Notes under the pieces: generated by a model
The model's database searches: none
What the model saw: the letters and a program-made list of their open reading frames with translations, nothing else
Told to the model about the DNA's origin: nothing
Shown here: in pieces, positions 27,490-40,882 of the stretch
Layout: the number at the start of each line of letters is the position of its first letter
Position numbering within the stretch: the stretch's first letter is position 1
NCBI GenBank assembly: GCA_964016885.1
Contig: OZ024740.1
Coordinates: 185,442,001 to 185,506,000 of the forward strand
Direction of reading: 5' to 3'
DNA length: 64,000 bases
DNA from: Eledone cirrhosa
Taxonomy: Eukaryota
Position numbers and translations under genes: made by a program

Positions 27490-27750
27490 AATGCTCGAAA
27501 TCTGTCTGGTGATTCACAGGGTTTCATTTTAGATACGAGCACTGAATGAGATAAAGAAACTGCGAAAATTCAAGACCCTTGAAAATTGAAATAAGTAGGG
27601 TGTGTGATATGAAGGTAAAAACAGTACCGATAATAATTGGGGCACTATATTTTATGAGAAATATGAATACATCCACGAGGTTGCCCTGATAGACAGGGAG
27701 CATATGTAATACATGACATTTTAAATTGTATAGCACAACTTACGCAGTAA
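27490..27750 (+). mobile_element. Decayed R4/Dong-type RLE C-terminal fragment
   Basis: LKIEISRVCDMKVKTVPIIIGAL parallels LKWEVKRIWNCHEVKVVPIVIGAL in the 59-61 kb element. Confidence 0.65.
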
Positions 27751-29791
27751 ATGTCCAGCAAAACAAAAATCACTGTGGGCATATATTGCCGAATGTACAA
27801 AGCACTAATTTAACATAAAAAACATCAAAACATTTTCCACGCAAGAACAAAGCAAAACCGGTATACTATACAAACGGAATTCTGCATCCCTATAAGACAT
27901 TGCAGCAATACAAACCACAGGAACATAGTGGTTCATCTGCTGGTTATTGGAGATTCACGTAGCACAGATGAATACTTGATGATAAATAACAATATAGTTC
28001 CTTAGGCACACTGGCATAAATATCTGAGGTTAATTGAACCCTTCTTTAACTGCACCTACCTCCATAGATCTCATTGGCATTTAAACCCCTCTTAACGAAC
28101 CGTATATTACTAGATACTGCCTGTCAATTGGTGTGATGTTCTAATGTTAATAACAGTAAAAATTACATACTGCCCAAAATATGAAATAGTTTCAGAATTA
28201 TTTTGATTGATCCAGCCACATAAAATTAATTATATATCGAACTACATACTGATGATTGTCATATAGGACAATGTGTTATATTCATAATTGTAACATCATT
28301 ATTCCTGGATATGTTTGCCTAGCGCTAACATAGTTCTAAGAACATTCTAACTTCAATCTCATAGATGTATTCTATTCTTACTAATCCACTTCTACCGCTC
28401 CCTGCTCTTCGAAGCTACTCAGCTTCTGTCGTAATCTATAGTGTTTCCCCTCATTTCAAACTTCGGACTAACCAGTTTCTCTAACTCTTTATCTCTCGTG
28501 GATTAGTCTTCTCTAATTAGCTTTCTGCTAATGTCTATTCTCGGAGGGCCTACTACGGCTATGGGCACTATGCCTTCTTCCGGGTAATATTGATTACAAA
28601 TCCTAAAATACGATGCAAACAAAATTAAGGAAAATGATGATGGCAACAGTAAACTAGCTTCATACCTTCGCATACACCAATGCAAACACGAAGACCTCAA
28701 ACAATATTAGCATTTTCATGAAAAAAAGAAAACCATAGGGATAACTGTAAAATATATATATGATACATCGTCATTGAGACATATCTGAAGAGATAAAAAC
28801 CTTTATACTATATATATAACATGTAAATCAGAATAACTACATTCGTCAAAGTATAACTCCTGTTCTCCTTAACTTGATCATAACACAGCTTATAGTTTCC
28901 TTTACTGGCGAATGGATTTAATTTGTTATGCACTACTTGAAACCAGATCGCTCATTCACTGTAAATATTTGTGTTTTGAATCATAGAACTAGCGGAACCC
29001 TGCGCAGTTATGATATACAATTTATCACTAAATAAATGGCTTTAATAAATCATGCGGTAAATATTTAGTGAAGGAAAACAAACATAAAAGTAATTCTATA
29101 AAAAAGCGTGAAGTATAGAGTCGGTTTTATTGGAGAAATTATGTGAAGAAATAATAAAATAGTGGTGGGATAACACGAAGAATTCACAAAGGAAAATTGT
29201 AGTTCAGAAGTTTAGATAATCATCATGCGCGTGGACAAGAAAGATGTAATATATTCAAAAGCAAATAGTGATTTAGACACAATCGATTATCAAAGGGGGC
29301 AGTGGGGATGTTATGGAAGTGATTCTTTAATCAATGTAATATACAACACTGCCAGAGCAACTTATTATTTTAAACTATTTAAATATTTATTGATATTATA
29401 GGCACAAAACCCAAAAATATATAGAAGAAGTGGTTGTATACACGATTCAATTAACTCCCAGTGTATTACATGTTTTTGTATTATTTTATCGTTCTAAACT
29501 GATGGAAAACACTTTTGAACATGGTGCCATTTGAAATAGGATTAGTTTAATAAAACTGCGCATTTTATATTTCCGTATATAACCATCAAATGAAATGTAT
29601 CAATGTTATGAATAAAAAAAAATGGTATACTGCGAGCTTTCATGCCGCATGTAACAAACACAGATCCCAACAAACATGTATGCAATAATTCATATTTGTA
29701 TGTATATATATATATATATATCGTATTGGACATATCCCTGCTTTTCAGCCCCTTGGATTGTGTCTAATATATTCCTTTGTTAAATTTCGGA

Positions 29792-29849
29792 ATACCTGAT
29801 GATGTGACCGGATTCATACTGGACCCGGTCATTGAAATGTTCATAGTAT
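29792..29849 (+). ncRNA. Type-I hammerhead ribozyme motif with canonical core
   Basis: auac CUGAUGA ug-ugaccgg-auucauacuggac-ccgguca-uu GAAA uguuca UA guau, then AAUAAA. It lies in a ~310-bp unit (29720-30035) flanked by (TA)n. Confidence 0.75.
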
Positions 29850-30034
29850 AATAAACCTTTAAGGAATTACACCTCCTTTTATTTTATAATAATTAACTCC
29901 GCACTCGCACCACCATCAACATAGACGAAGACGGTTGAGTTGCATCATGTCGAGTGCTCTCCGTAATATTACACCAAGGTTAACTATACGGAATGACCTG
30001 TTCTATCCAGTGGTGAACCAACAAACATAAATGA

Positions 30035-30068
<34 letters not shown>

Positions 30069-30678
30069 ATATATATATAAGAAAGTAAGTCCATATAGTA
30101 ATTTGATAAAATATATACAGTATTTCTCCTCCAAATCAGCATAATCAACCACATAAAAAATCAAATAAAAGAGGCTATAAGTTTTAAATGTACCTATGAA
30201 GAAATAATAGATAAATAAATGATAGCTATTTTATACGCGATCCACAGCCACAGAATATTTACCTAATATTTCTAATAGCTCGGAGAAATTGACTAGACAT
30301 ATAGTTAACCATACACAATTAGGTACACAATCAAAATTTAGGAGAAAACATGTACATAAATATAATTATGTTTTTACCCCGGAGGTTTCATTCGCTTTTT
30401 GGAAATATCCGATCATGGATAAATCAACGAATTTCGAAATCATCAGGAAACAAACTCAATTGGACAAAGATTTTTCTTAAATGATCCCCGACAGAAATGA
30501 ATTCAAAATGGCTAAGAATTGTCACATGGCCAGTGGTCAAGCCAGAAAGCTTGTGATTGGTGCCTGATGGCGAGTAGGCTGGTTGCTAGAAAGCGCAGCC
30601 GAATACTGCCCAAAGTTTTACTCAACCTTACGGGAGTATATAAAATATAGATGTTTACATATACATAAACTAGACAGA

Positions 30679-30735
<57 letters not shown>

Positions 30736-30899
30736 TTTTAGCAACCATTCACGGTGTGGCTCAATGACGATTTAGTTAATTAAATAATCAACAATCACAG
30801 CAATATATAAGAAGGTAAGTCCATATATGTATATATGTATATACATATATTTACACTTTATATATATATATATATATGCGCATATATATATGAATGCAT

Positions 30900-33800
30900 A
30901 TAAATATATGTTATATAAAAACTACAATAACAACAGAACAAATCCGCTTCTTAAAACACTGTGTTTCCTTCAAAATATACACAACAAACATATCAAAACA
31001 AGTAAATAATTTATTATTGAACAAAACACACGACTAAAACACACCCTAACAGTTGATATGAAAAGAAAAACATACACAAAATTTAACGAACTTTACAGGC
31101 AGAAACACATTAACGGTAAGGATGTCCGAAATCTCACCACACCAAACGAGAGGGATGAACTCATGAGCGTCATTCGACGTGAAACGAAATACGCCCGAAA
31201 CGAATGCAATAGGCATTTCAATAAGAAATTAGAATAGATGAATAAGAAAAAACTAGAAGAAAGAAAAATAGAATATTCACAAAAATACCCAGATAATATC
31301 AACAATATCCGTATGACTGATGTAGAACTCCCGGAAGAATTTACCAATGACCACACAGTAAATATTTATGGGAACACTTTAATCACTGAACAAAAACAAC
31401 AAATCCTGCAGCTACCACCAAGATTTACTATCTACAAAAAGATTAACGCAAAACGGAGCTGCAAAAGTGTTACACAAAAATACGTTGGAATGCAAAAGTA
31501 AACAACAACAACAACTATACGAACAACAACAGCAATAATAACGATAGTAGAAATATAAACAAAAACTCTGGGTATACAAATAACAGCTATAATAGTAATA
31601 GTCATAAAAAATAACAATAGCAGGAGAGTGAGAAATAGTAATAATGGTAATAATATTAACGATAGACAGAACAACAACAACAACAACCACGATAATAATA
31701 ATAATAGAAACATTAACGACAGATACAGCAGCAGCGACCACAGTAGTAATAATGGTAACACTACGAATAACAACAACAACAAAAACAAGAAACAATGAAA
31801 ATAACAACCACATTGGTTGAAATAACAGGAACAACAACAATAACGGTGGAGAAAACAACACCAATACATCTAACAATCACAGCAACAATACATCTAGCAA
31901 TCATAACAATAATAATAATGCTAATGATAGGAACAACAACAACCACCATAATAAGAATCATAGCAACACATTCAACTATGACAATAGATATAATGACAAC
32001 CCCTTAGAGAAACTATTCTTCAACCCAGCTGACAAAACATATAAGATGGGTAATATCTAACCTACGAGGTTACCCTTTAATAAAAGGGTTTGCATACCAC
32101 AACAAATAGATGACGAGACAGAGGCACAGTTCACCATAGCTAGAAATAAGATAAGAAAAATAGTAGACCGGTATACTAAGAGACAGAGAAGACCAGAGGT
32201 CCAATAACTTGGGAGGAAATCTGTAGAAGGCTTGGTTAGCCTCAAGCAGCGCACAAAGGACGGTGAGGTAGTATGTCTACCCACGGACAAGTCTGGTAGG
32301 ATGTCAATAGACAGCATGCCGAACTACATCAAGGCTATGCACCCCACATCACCAACACGAGCGAAATTGCACAGCAAATACATGATGGGAGAGAGAAAAT
32401 CCTCAACGCTCAGATGATGGTGTGAGGCCGACGTCCTAAAGCCAAGCAGACGCACTGCCAACAACTTCCAGGCGTCTAACAATGGCACACCACCCTTGTA
32501 TGGGATCCGCAAAGACCACAAGACAGTCGACGACCCGACAACAGGATCACCGACAAGACCTGTATGCGGAGCAAATGTAGCTAGCAACTACAGGATCTCC
32601 TACTTCCTCTCAATGGTTATGCGCCCCATAGTCAAGATGTCCCCAGATCTATTTGACAGTACAGAGGACCTCCTCAGCAGAATCAGTGAGTGCAACAAAA
32701 ACAGAAACCTATCCAACTGCATAATAGGCAGTATGACTGTGGTATCAGTGTACTCATCCATTAACATTGATTTTGCTGTGGAAAAATGTGTGGAGATGAT
32801 CATTGAGAGTGAGGTGGAGTTCTGCGACGTCGACACAGACGAACTGGGCCTCCTACTTAGACTTACCTATGACACTGACTACCTAGACAGCCATGACCTT
32901 AGACGTTTCTGCCCCAGTAGACCCATAAGAGATAGACCCCCCCACCATAACCTCAATGGCGAAAAAGATTCCCATGAGAAGGTGGATTGGGTGGACCAAA
33001 GCTATACGGACCCCTCAAAACAATGATCAGCTAAGAAAAATGGTCGCACATGCAATAGGGGCTATTATCAAAACTACCTTAAAGGGCCACATATTAAAAT
33101 TCAACGAGAAGATCTACTCCCAAAATGAGGGAGCAGCCATTGGCCTCAGCATAGCTGGTGACGTTGCCAAACTTGTTATGGTATGGTGGGAAAGGAGACT
33201 CAAAGATCTTCTTGATAAGGGCTCCATAGACCTCATCATGTACTCGCGTTACGTAGACGACATCAATATAATAATAAGGACATCCCCACAAAAGAGTACT
33301 AACAAGTTTGATTTAGAACTTAGTACAATAGAAAGCATCCAGCAGATAGCTAATTCCATACACCAGAGTATAACTAACTATTGACTACCCTTCCAAACAC
33401 CCTAACAATAGACTACCTGTATTAGACACGGAACACTGGATTAACATTATAGACGAGAGAGCCTAAATTCTCTACTCACACTATGCTAAACCCATGGCCT
33501 CCAAATACCTGATACACAAAAACTCAGCAATATCCAGTAGTGCTAAGTTTAATATTATGATCGCAGACTTGGTACGAGTGATGAAGAATGTGTCCGGCAT
33601 GTGCTACCCAACAGAAATGGAAAGACACATCCAACATTTCATCAACCGTATGCAGTTCTCTGACGACAACCAGAGACAGAATCAGAGTATATGAATGAGA
33701 CACCGAGAAGTATAAGACCCTCATAGAACTGGACATGAAAGGAATTTGCCCATTATACAGGAGCAAATCATGGAATAGCTTAGATAGGACTAAAACATAA

Positions 33801-34873
33801 TATAGGGAAAGCCACCTCATGGTACGACAACCAGAGATACCAGAGTGTCATGTTTGTGGACGCTATCCCTGGAGGGAAATTAGCTAACCAGTGTAGAAAG
33901 GCCCGGAGAAAGACCCACTTAAAGATTAATGTGGTAGAAAAGCCAGGAACCACCATGAAATCCCTGATCAGCAAAACCTACCCTTTTAAGAAAACCAACT
34001 GTACTATGAAATGTATTATATGCAAAGTAAACCCCCGGATAAACTGTAAAACTAGAAACGTAGTATATAGCATACGATGTACAGAGGGTACTTGCAGAAA
34101 CATACATGAGAACAACATACATAGGCGAGACAGCTCGTAGCATAGGTGAAAGGATAGACCAACACTGGGGGGGGGGGAACTAAAAGGACGAAAAAACGGG
34201 TCAGTACTATACGAACATGCCAGACAACAACACGACGGTAACATAGACAACATATAAATTAGAATAATATCTAAACATAGAAATGACTCAGCAGATAGGC
34301 AAATTAAAGAGGCAAGTGAAATAGAACTTAGAAGGCCAAGGCTAAACAGAAAAAATGAATAGAATAACAACAACACCCACACAAACAACACTGACCTAAG
34401 AGAAGTATAAATAAATAAATACATACACAAGCACAATAACAACAAACACATATAAACACACTAGTAAACTAAGATAGAATACAGTAACAAATACACAGTC
34501 ACCCCAAAACGAACACAAATCAAACATATAACTATACACACATTCAAACGCATGCGCAGAGAAGACAAAAAAACTAATAAACAAATAAATAAACAGACTA
34601 AATAAAGATGGCGTAGGTATACAATACAACGGGAGGAAACATAATAGCACCACTGACGATGTTGCAGATGTGCAACGAAAGAATTTTGTAATATATCTGT
34701 TTGTGTCTATATTGTATCTGTATTTTTGACCGTTGGTCAGTCAATGGTAACATTGAGGACTGAATAAATTAAATAAAACGATATAAAAGACACCGAACCG
34801 AAAATCATCCAAACAGTGAGTGTGTTCTGTTATTAATTCTGGCAATATGATTACACAAATATGACCCTCCCCA
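30900..34873 (+). mobile_element. Near full-length, frameshifted Penelope-like retroelement (RT, GIY-YIG, pLTR)
   Basis: Motifs in order: IRFLKHC, LQLPPRF, PTDKSGR, LYGIRKDHK...RPVC, IIGSMTVVSVYSSI, YSQNEGAAIGLSIAG, YSRYVDDI, LPVLD, HYAKPMAS, CIICK..NCKTRNVVYSIRC..YIGETARS. The 3' UTR carries a hammerhead motif. Confidence 0.93.
34649..34690 (+). ncRNA. Hammerhead motif in the PLE pLTR (3' strand of stem I decayed)
   Basis: acca CUGACGA u-guugca-gaug-ugcaac GAAA gaau UU ugua. The same core and stem II occur at 57387. Confidence 0.65.
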
Positions 34874-34975
34874 TATAAATATATATATATGCATATATAT
34901 ATATACGCATATATATATGAATGCATATAAATATACATATATATATATATATGTGCATGTATATATATATGCATT

Positions 34976-35006
<31 letters not shown>

Positions 35007-35074
35007 ATATGCATATATATACATATATATACATATACATATATATGCATATATATATGCATATATATATATAT

Positions 35075-37789
35075 ATAGTAATAATAATAAATTTGAAGAC
35101 TAAAATCCAAAGAAGGCTCGATAAGGATAAATATATATCAAATATATAAGAACCGTAGAGCAAATATTTATTAAAATAACAGCCTAAAGTTTAAGCAAAG
35201 AATCGTTGCTTTCACCCTTAACGGGATCTTCTAAACTAGCAAAGTCAATCTGTAAACGCAGAAGTGGATATTTCAAAAAACGTTGCAACCGGAGGAAGAC
35301 AGGAAGACTATACTTAGGTTCGTGGAAACGTTCCCTGGCAAAGAACGGGAAAAAACGAATATAATACGTCATTAATAGGAGCGGTCAAAAACAATTACTA
35401 GCAAAGGCAGATCCACGTTTATGGTATAAAAGAAGTCGTAGACTAATGTTCTCTTGGGTGGTTCATAGAGACGTTCTCTGGCAATGAACGAAAAAAACGA
35501 AGATAAGACGTCATATGTGGAGCGTGGAGAACAATTGTACGCACAGTCAAAACCACGTAAATGGTATAGTTGAAGTAGTAGACTAAAATTGTAACTAGGA
35601 AACCGAAAGAAACTCCGCTTAAGAGTGAAGAATAAAGTAAATAAAATACAATACAGAGGTAATAGAAATTAAATAAATACATACACGCATGTAAATACGT
35701 ACATACACAAGCATACGCGAAAACACTCGCCATAGATATACAAAACCACGCACATATAAATATGTGTGTGTGTGTGTGTGCGTGTATACAAATAAATAAA
35801 AAATAAATATATAAACGTATATAAATAAATAAATACGTATATAACAAGCGCACATACATACCTACATGTAAATACACAAATGTTCGGCGACGTACGTCAA
35901 CCAAACCATGAAGTACACATAAACACACACCCAAAATACGTACGAACCTGCATGCTCACACAGACGCAGAACTCCCGTATACACATAACCAAACCATATG
36001 TACCAGAATATATAAAATTATACGCCATAACATATAGAATGAAATATACGTACGAGAAAGTATACGTACCTTCACAAAACATACAGGTAATATATACTTA
36101 CCTATGCAAATAAGCAATGGTATAAACATAACATATACTTAGCTACCACATCAAGACGGAAAATATCCACGTATAGATCGTACTATCCGTTAGGGTATAA
36201 TGTGGGGCTGTAATACAGGAACGTTTTGTGCAATTTATGTTTACGAGCCGAAATTGCCTCAAATTTTTTGTTTAAGATGTGGTCTGTGGCGTAGGGTATT
36301 TTTAGGGCCTCAGCAGCGCAGAGGTCACATGGTCTTTTATTTCCGTTATACGATCTAGCCCTAACTAGGATCTCCCAGTATAACTTATATTGGGTGTGGT
36401 TGTCTTTTAGACTCCAGATATAAGCTGAAAGTGACGTCATATTCCTTCTTAGAGGGTACCGAAAAGAATGGGTATGCGTGTAAAGACGCTGCTTGAATCT
36501 TTTGGCGGTTAACCCTATGTAGGCCCTACGGGACGTGGGTGTTTCAACCTTACATTTGTAGACAATGTTACTAGAGAGGCATTACCCGGATAGGGGGCAA
36601 TCAACCCGATTCCTACAATTACAGTTAGTACTAACTACAGGGTTGCACGTGTTCCTACGGCTAGGTAGTTTACCTAAATTTGAAGCTGTGATGTTATGTG
36701 CAAGGTTAGGAGTCGTAGAGTAAGACATTTTAATAGTATTTCTATTAAAAATGTTACTATATTTATGTGTAGGGGAAAATGCTTCGTAATAAGGGAAAGA
36801 CATATCTTAGCTAATGGTGTGGCCACCTCCATATTATATGGTGGGTTATACCAACAAATGCGACGGGATCTATTACTTCTAGGTATATTTTCGTACTCTG
36901 TAAATGCTACCTTATCGACAAATCCACTTCGAGCAAGAGCTTCATTGTAATAAGTGGAATAGTCGTTGAAAATATGCTCGTTAGTAGATAGACGGGAAAG
37001 CCTCAACGAAACGTTTCCTACCAGGTTCTTGGTTATGCTGGCAGGATGGTTGGAATGCTTACTTATGTAATTAAGCGTATCATTCGGCTTTCTATACGGG
37101 TAATACAACCCATTCGATAAATGGAGGGTAACGTCGAGGTAATTAACGACCGAGAGATTGGCCTCAACCTGTATAGAGATGTTGAAGCCTTTAAAGAAGA
37201 CTGTGAGTTTTTTTTCTGAACCTGTCGCAAGCACGAGGTCCGCACTTAGTCATGGTCAAAAAACCATCAACATGGTACAAACCACCGCCCACGTTGGGGA
37301 CTTCGTCCTTGATAGAGAAAAGAAGGAAAAGGCCGATAAGATCAGTAACCTCCGCAGAATCGCTGGCGCCATACTCACGAATGGGGTACTATTGGATTTT
37401 TTAATGGAAATAGAGTCGTCGAAATTAATTACCGACTTACGGGCATTGAGGATGACATCAACTTCGAAATCCTTAACCACTGTGAGTGTTTTAGCGAAAT
37501 TGATAGCTCTAAGGAGAAGTGGTAATTATTGATGTCAAATTGGATAAAACGGCAATGTTCCTTGTTGCATATGCCGTTGAACCAATCAATCACCCCGAAA
37601 GAATTGTTCCACAGTGCAAGAGGGGCCAAACTTCTAATTTCAGGTATAATTCTATCAAGAATCCTTTTACTAAATCTACCTAAATCGGACTTCGTAGGGT
37701 TAATAAGCCGAATAGAGGGATTGTTTGGAAAATTGGATTTGTGATCCTTCAGCAGGGATTCTTTGCTTAAACTTTAATCTGTTATTTTA

Positions 37790-37797
<8 letters not shown>
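35075..37797 (-). mobile_element. 5'-truncated Penelope-like element (CNCR..CPL.G.C linker type, possibly Nematis-like) with inverted 5' pLTR piece and 3' tail
   Basis: Minus strand reads RLINPTKSDLGR, FIQFDINNY, SAEVTDLIGL, GGGLYHVDG (GLYRDDG-like), VNYLDVTL, PYRKPN, SNHP, WYNPPY, CNCRNRVDCPLSG, YIGLT, CDLC..E. 37753-37797 is an inverted copy of 35165-35209. Confidence 0.93.
35188..35237 (-). ncRNA. Non-canonical hammerhead-like fold in the pLTR
   Basis: Minus strand: aguuu AGAAGA u-ccc-guuaa-ggg-u GAAA gcaa-cgauucu-uugc UU aaacu. Confidence 0.5.
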
Positions 37798-37880
<83 letters not shown>

Positions 37881-37900
37881 CATATATGCATATATATATA

Positions 37901-37998
<98 letters not shown>

Positions 37999-39221
37999 CA
38001 AGGGATAACAAAATATTGTTATTGGTAATCCAGTTAGAGGTTGTGAAAACATTTTATTATGGATAGTTTTAGAGTACGGCTTTGTTTCACTCAACAAGAG
38101 GTTTACGTAGATGGCGAGTTTATGATTTAACTTGTATTTCTATGTATGTTTATCTTGTAGTAATAACATTGAAAAATGTGAAGAATAACATGGTCAACAG
38201 TACAGAAAAGGGGAATTTATTTTCAGTCTAACAATTGTTTCTCTGATTGAGTTGTCTAAAAATTGCTGAACACTAGAAGCAGTGCCACTCAATTTTAAAT
38301 ACGATGCTAGCTCAATCATGTCATCCGAAACTGTTATAAAAATATATATAACCGGCAAATCTAAAATTCAAATTTATAACAAACGGGTGTCCAAATAGAA
38401 AAATATAGTGAAGACTTATGCAAATTTCATCTCACACACTATTCTCCTAGATTAGGATGTATCCAGCAGGTAATTCTGATATTTAAGGTAAAACAAGTTT
38501 GAATCCAAAATGGAACAGCGACGCCTCTATTTCGGTAAACAACAAGTAATTCCTATCAAAATACAGTAATCCAGAAGAACGTACATGAAAATATATATTG
38601 TTGTCTCCAGTGAAGGGAACTTTTTCGGCTCTACCCATGATGATGATTTGGAATCGCCGGCTTAGGATGGCCTCGGCCTCGTCCACCAAGTGCAAGGATA
38701 AAATATGAAGACAAATGCATATCACGTAATAGTGGAAATTGAAATATCTCTTAAATTGTTTCATCACCTTCTGTGCCGAAATGCTGTATATGTGTCATAT
38801 TGGTTATAGTCTACAATTCAAAGTTGATGAAATGCTTCATTTACGAGATGCAGAAATGAGATCAAAATTTCCCATCCTGGGGAATGGTGGATAGTAGTTA
38901 CATGTTTTTGTGTTTTTCATAGAGGTGAATTTAGTATATGTCGGTGAGGTTAATGTTAGTGTAACGTATGTAATTTATTTATATGCACATGGCAGTATAT
39001 TCGCTTTAAGGAAGTGTATCAAGGCGTGCGTGATTTCGAATTTCTTTGTATTGCCTGCGCCGTTGTAGCTCGTGGTGGTATGGGTTTGAAAATAATAATG
39101 TACGGCATGCGTGACGTCGGTTTCATCCCTATGCTTAGCATGTTTCTTTAATTGGATTCCTTTAAACCCTACGAGTTGAAGTAGAGTTTGCATAAGCATA
39201 TCTCTTTGCTTACTGATTATA

Positions 39222-39690
39222 GAGGCGCGTGACCTAGTGGTAAGGCTTTTCGACTTACGATCATAAGTATTTCTATTTTAGGCGGAAGGCCAGAAAATAC
39301 CCAGTACATTACTGGTACTTTATTTTATCGACCCCGTAAGGATGAAAGGCAAAGTTAACCTCGGCGGGATTTGAACTCAGATCATAAATGGACCTAACTT
39401 TATGTTTCAAAGCATGGTGTCCGACTCTACCGATACTGCCAATCCACCGATCATAATGTTGTATGTTCAGTTCCTGGAGTAGTTTGTGTTCTTGAGCAAA
39501 GCACTTCATTTCACGTTGCTCCAGTATACTCATCTGCGAATGAGAACCATCGAGAAATGGGGGTTACCTGCGATGGAGTGGCATCATGTCAAATGCTGAT
39601 TCATGAAATCTTAATCGCTTAACGCCACGGAAACCGGAATATGCCCTTGCCAGGTATACTCCGAGCTTGAGACAGACTTTAAACTTTTAT
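39222..39690 (+). mobile_element. tRNA-derived SINE interrupted by a nested antisense SINE (39267-39447) with a target-site duplication
   Basis: The host head gaggcgcgtgacctagtggtaagg resumes after the insert; cgatcataa is duplicated at 39258-39266 and 39448-39456. Confidence 0.85.
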
Positions 39691-39882
39691 TTAGACCACC
39701 GAGTGCTGGCCGGGAGCAGACAGAATTAATGCCGTTCGCTTTGGTTGATTTATCCGTCCATTGATTTTCCATTTTAGTTTAGCGTGTATTGGCTGGGCAC
39801 ACTACTTCAGCTTTATCAGAGCTCGTGTTTTATTTTGGTGTCGTAATCTTTGCAGATAATTATTAATATTATATAGAAACTT

Positions 39883-40102
39883 AGGGTGGTGGATTGGCAG
39901 TATAGGTAGAGCGTCAGACACAATTCTTCACCACATAGTGTCACGGTCCTTTACATTTTGATTTCAAATGCCGTTGAGGTTAGTTTAGCCTTTCATCCGT
40001 CCACATTTGATAGAATAAAGTACTATCAACGCAATTGGGATGATATAATCGAATTTCTCCTCCCCCAAAATTGTTGGCCGTGCGCCTTAATAAGAAACCA
40101 TT
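39883..40102 (+). mobile_element. tRNA-derived SINE, full length and diverged
   Basis: gggtggtggattggcagtataggtagag...ttcaaatgccgttgaggt...gcctttcatcc...ggccgtgcgcc...agaaaccatt. Confidence 0.85.
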
Positions 40103-40386
40103 GTGAGATAGAAACTACATAATAGGACGATTACTGTGTTATGACGTCCTTTTTCCCATACCAGTAATTGGTGTGAGTCGTTGGTAGGTTTAGCACAAGG
40201 TGGAGATATCGTAAAGAACCTGCATGCTATAGCTCCTACTTGAGGAGTAGGCTTTGCCTGTCTGAGTCCGATGGTAACTCTATGGTTTATGTTTGCTCGG
40301 GTACCGGTTTGGCTTACATCCAATCTGGATATATTAGCTTCTAAACTAAGGCAATTGTCGGTCTTATTTGCATAAACACACACACA

Positions 40387-40436
<50 letters not shown>

Positions 40437-40544
40437 AATATATATATATATACATAGATATAAATACTCACAGACACGCACACACACGCACACACCCATA
40501 CACCCACACCCCTACACACACACACACACACATACATATCATTT

Positions 40545-40882
40545 TTCATTTCATTTCATTTTACGTCCGCTTTTTCCCTGCTTGCAAGGGTGGGACGGGA
40601 ACTGATTTTGGCTTGATTTCTACAGCTGGATGCCCTTCCTAACACCAACCTCATTTACAGTGAGTGGTGGGTGCTTTTTTGCCGTGTCACCTCCACGACG
40701 ACTTTGCAGTGGAATGATATGGACCCCAGTCCCTATCATCTCATTTCTACAGCTGAGTAAACTGGAGCAATGTGAAATAAAGTGTCTTGCTCAAGGAAAC
40801 AACACATCACGCGGTCTGAGAATTGAACTCACAACCTTTCGATTGCAAGGCCAATGCTCTAACCACTAAGCCATGTGCCTCC
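40545..40882 (-). mobile_element. tRNA-derived SINE with LINE-like tail
   Basis: Minus head ggaggcacatggcttagtggttagagc...gagttcaatt, core ttgagcaagacactttatttcac, tail aggaagggcatccagc and (TGAAA)n. Confidence 0.85.

Noticed and set aside
31412-31961. Hydrophobic or Cys-rich minus-strand ORFs resembling membrane proteins
   Set aside because: Antisense reading of the AAC/AAT low-complexity tract.
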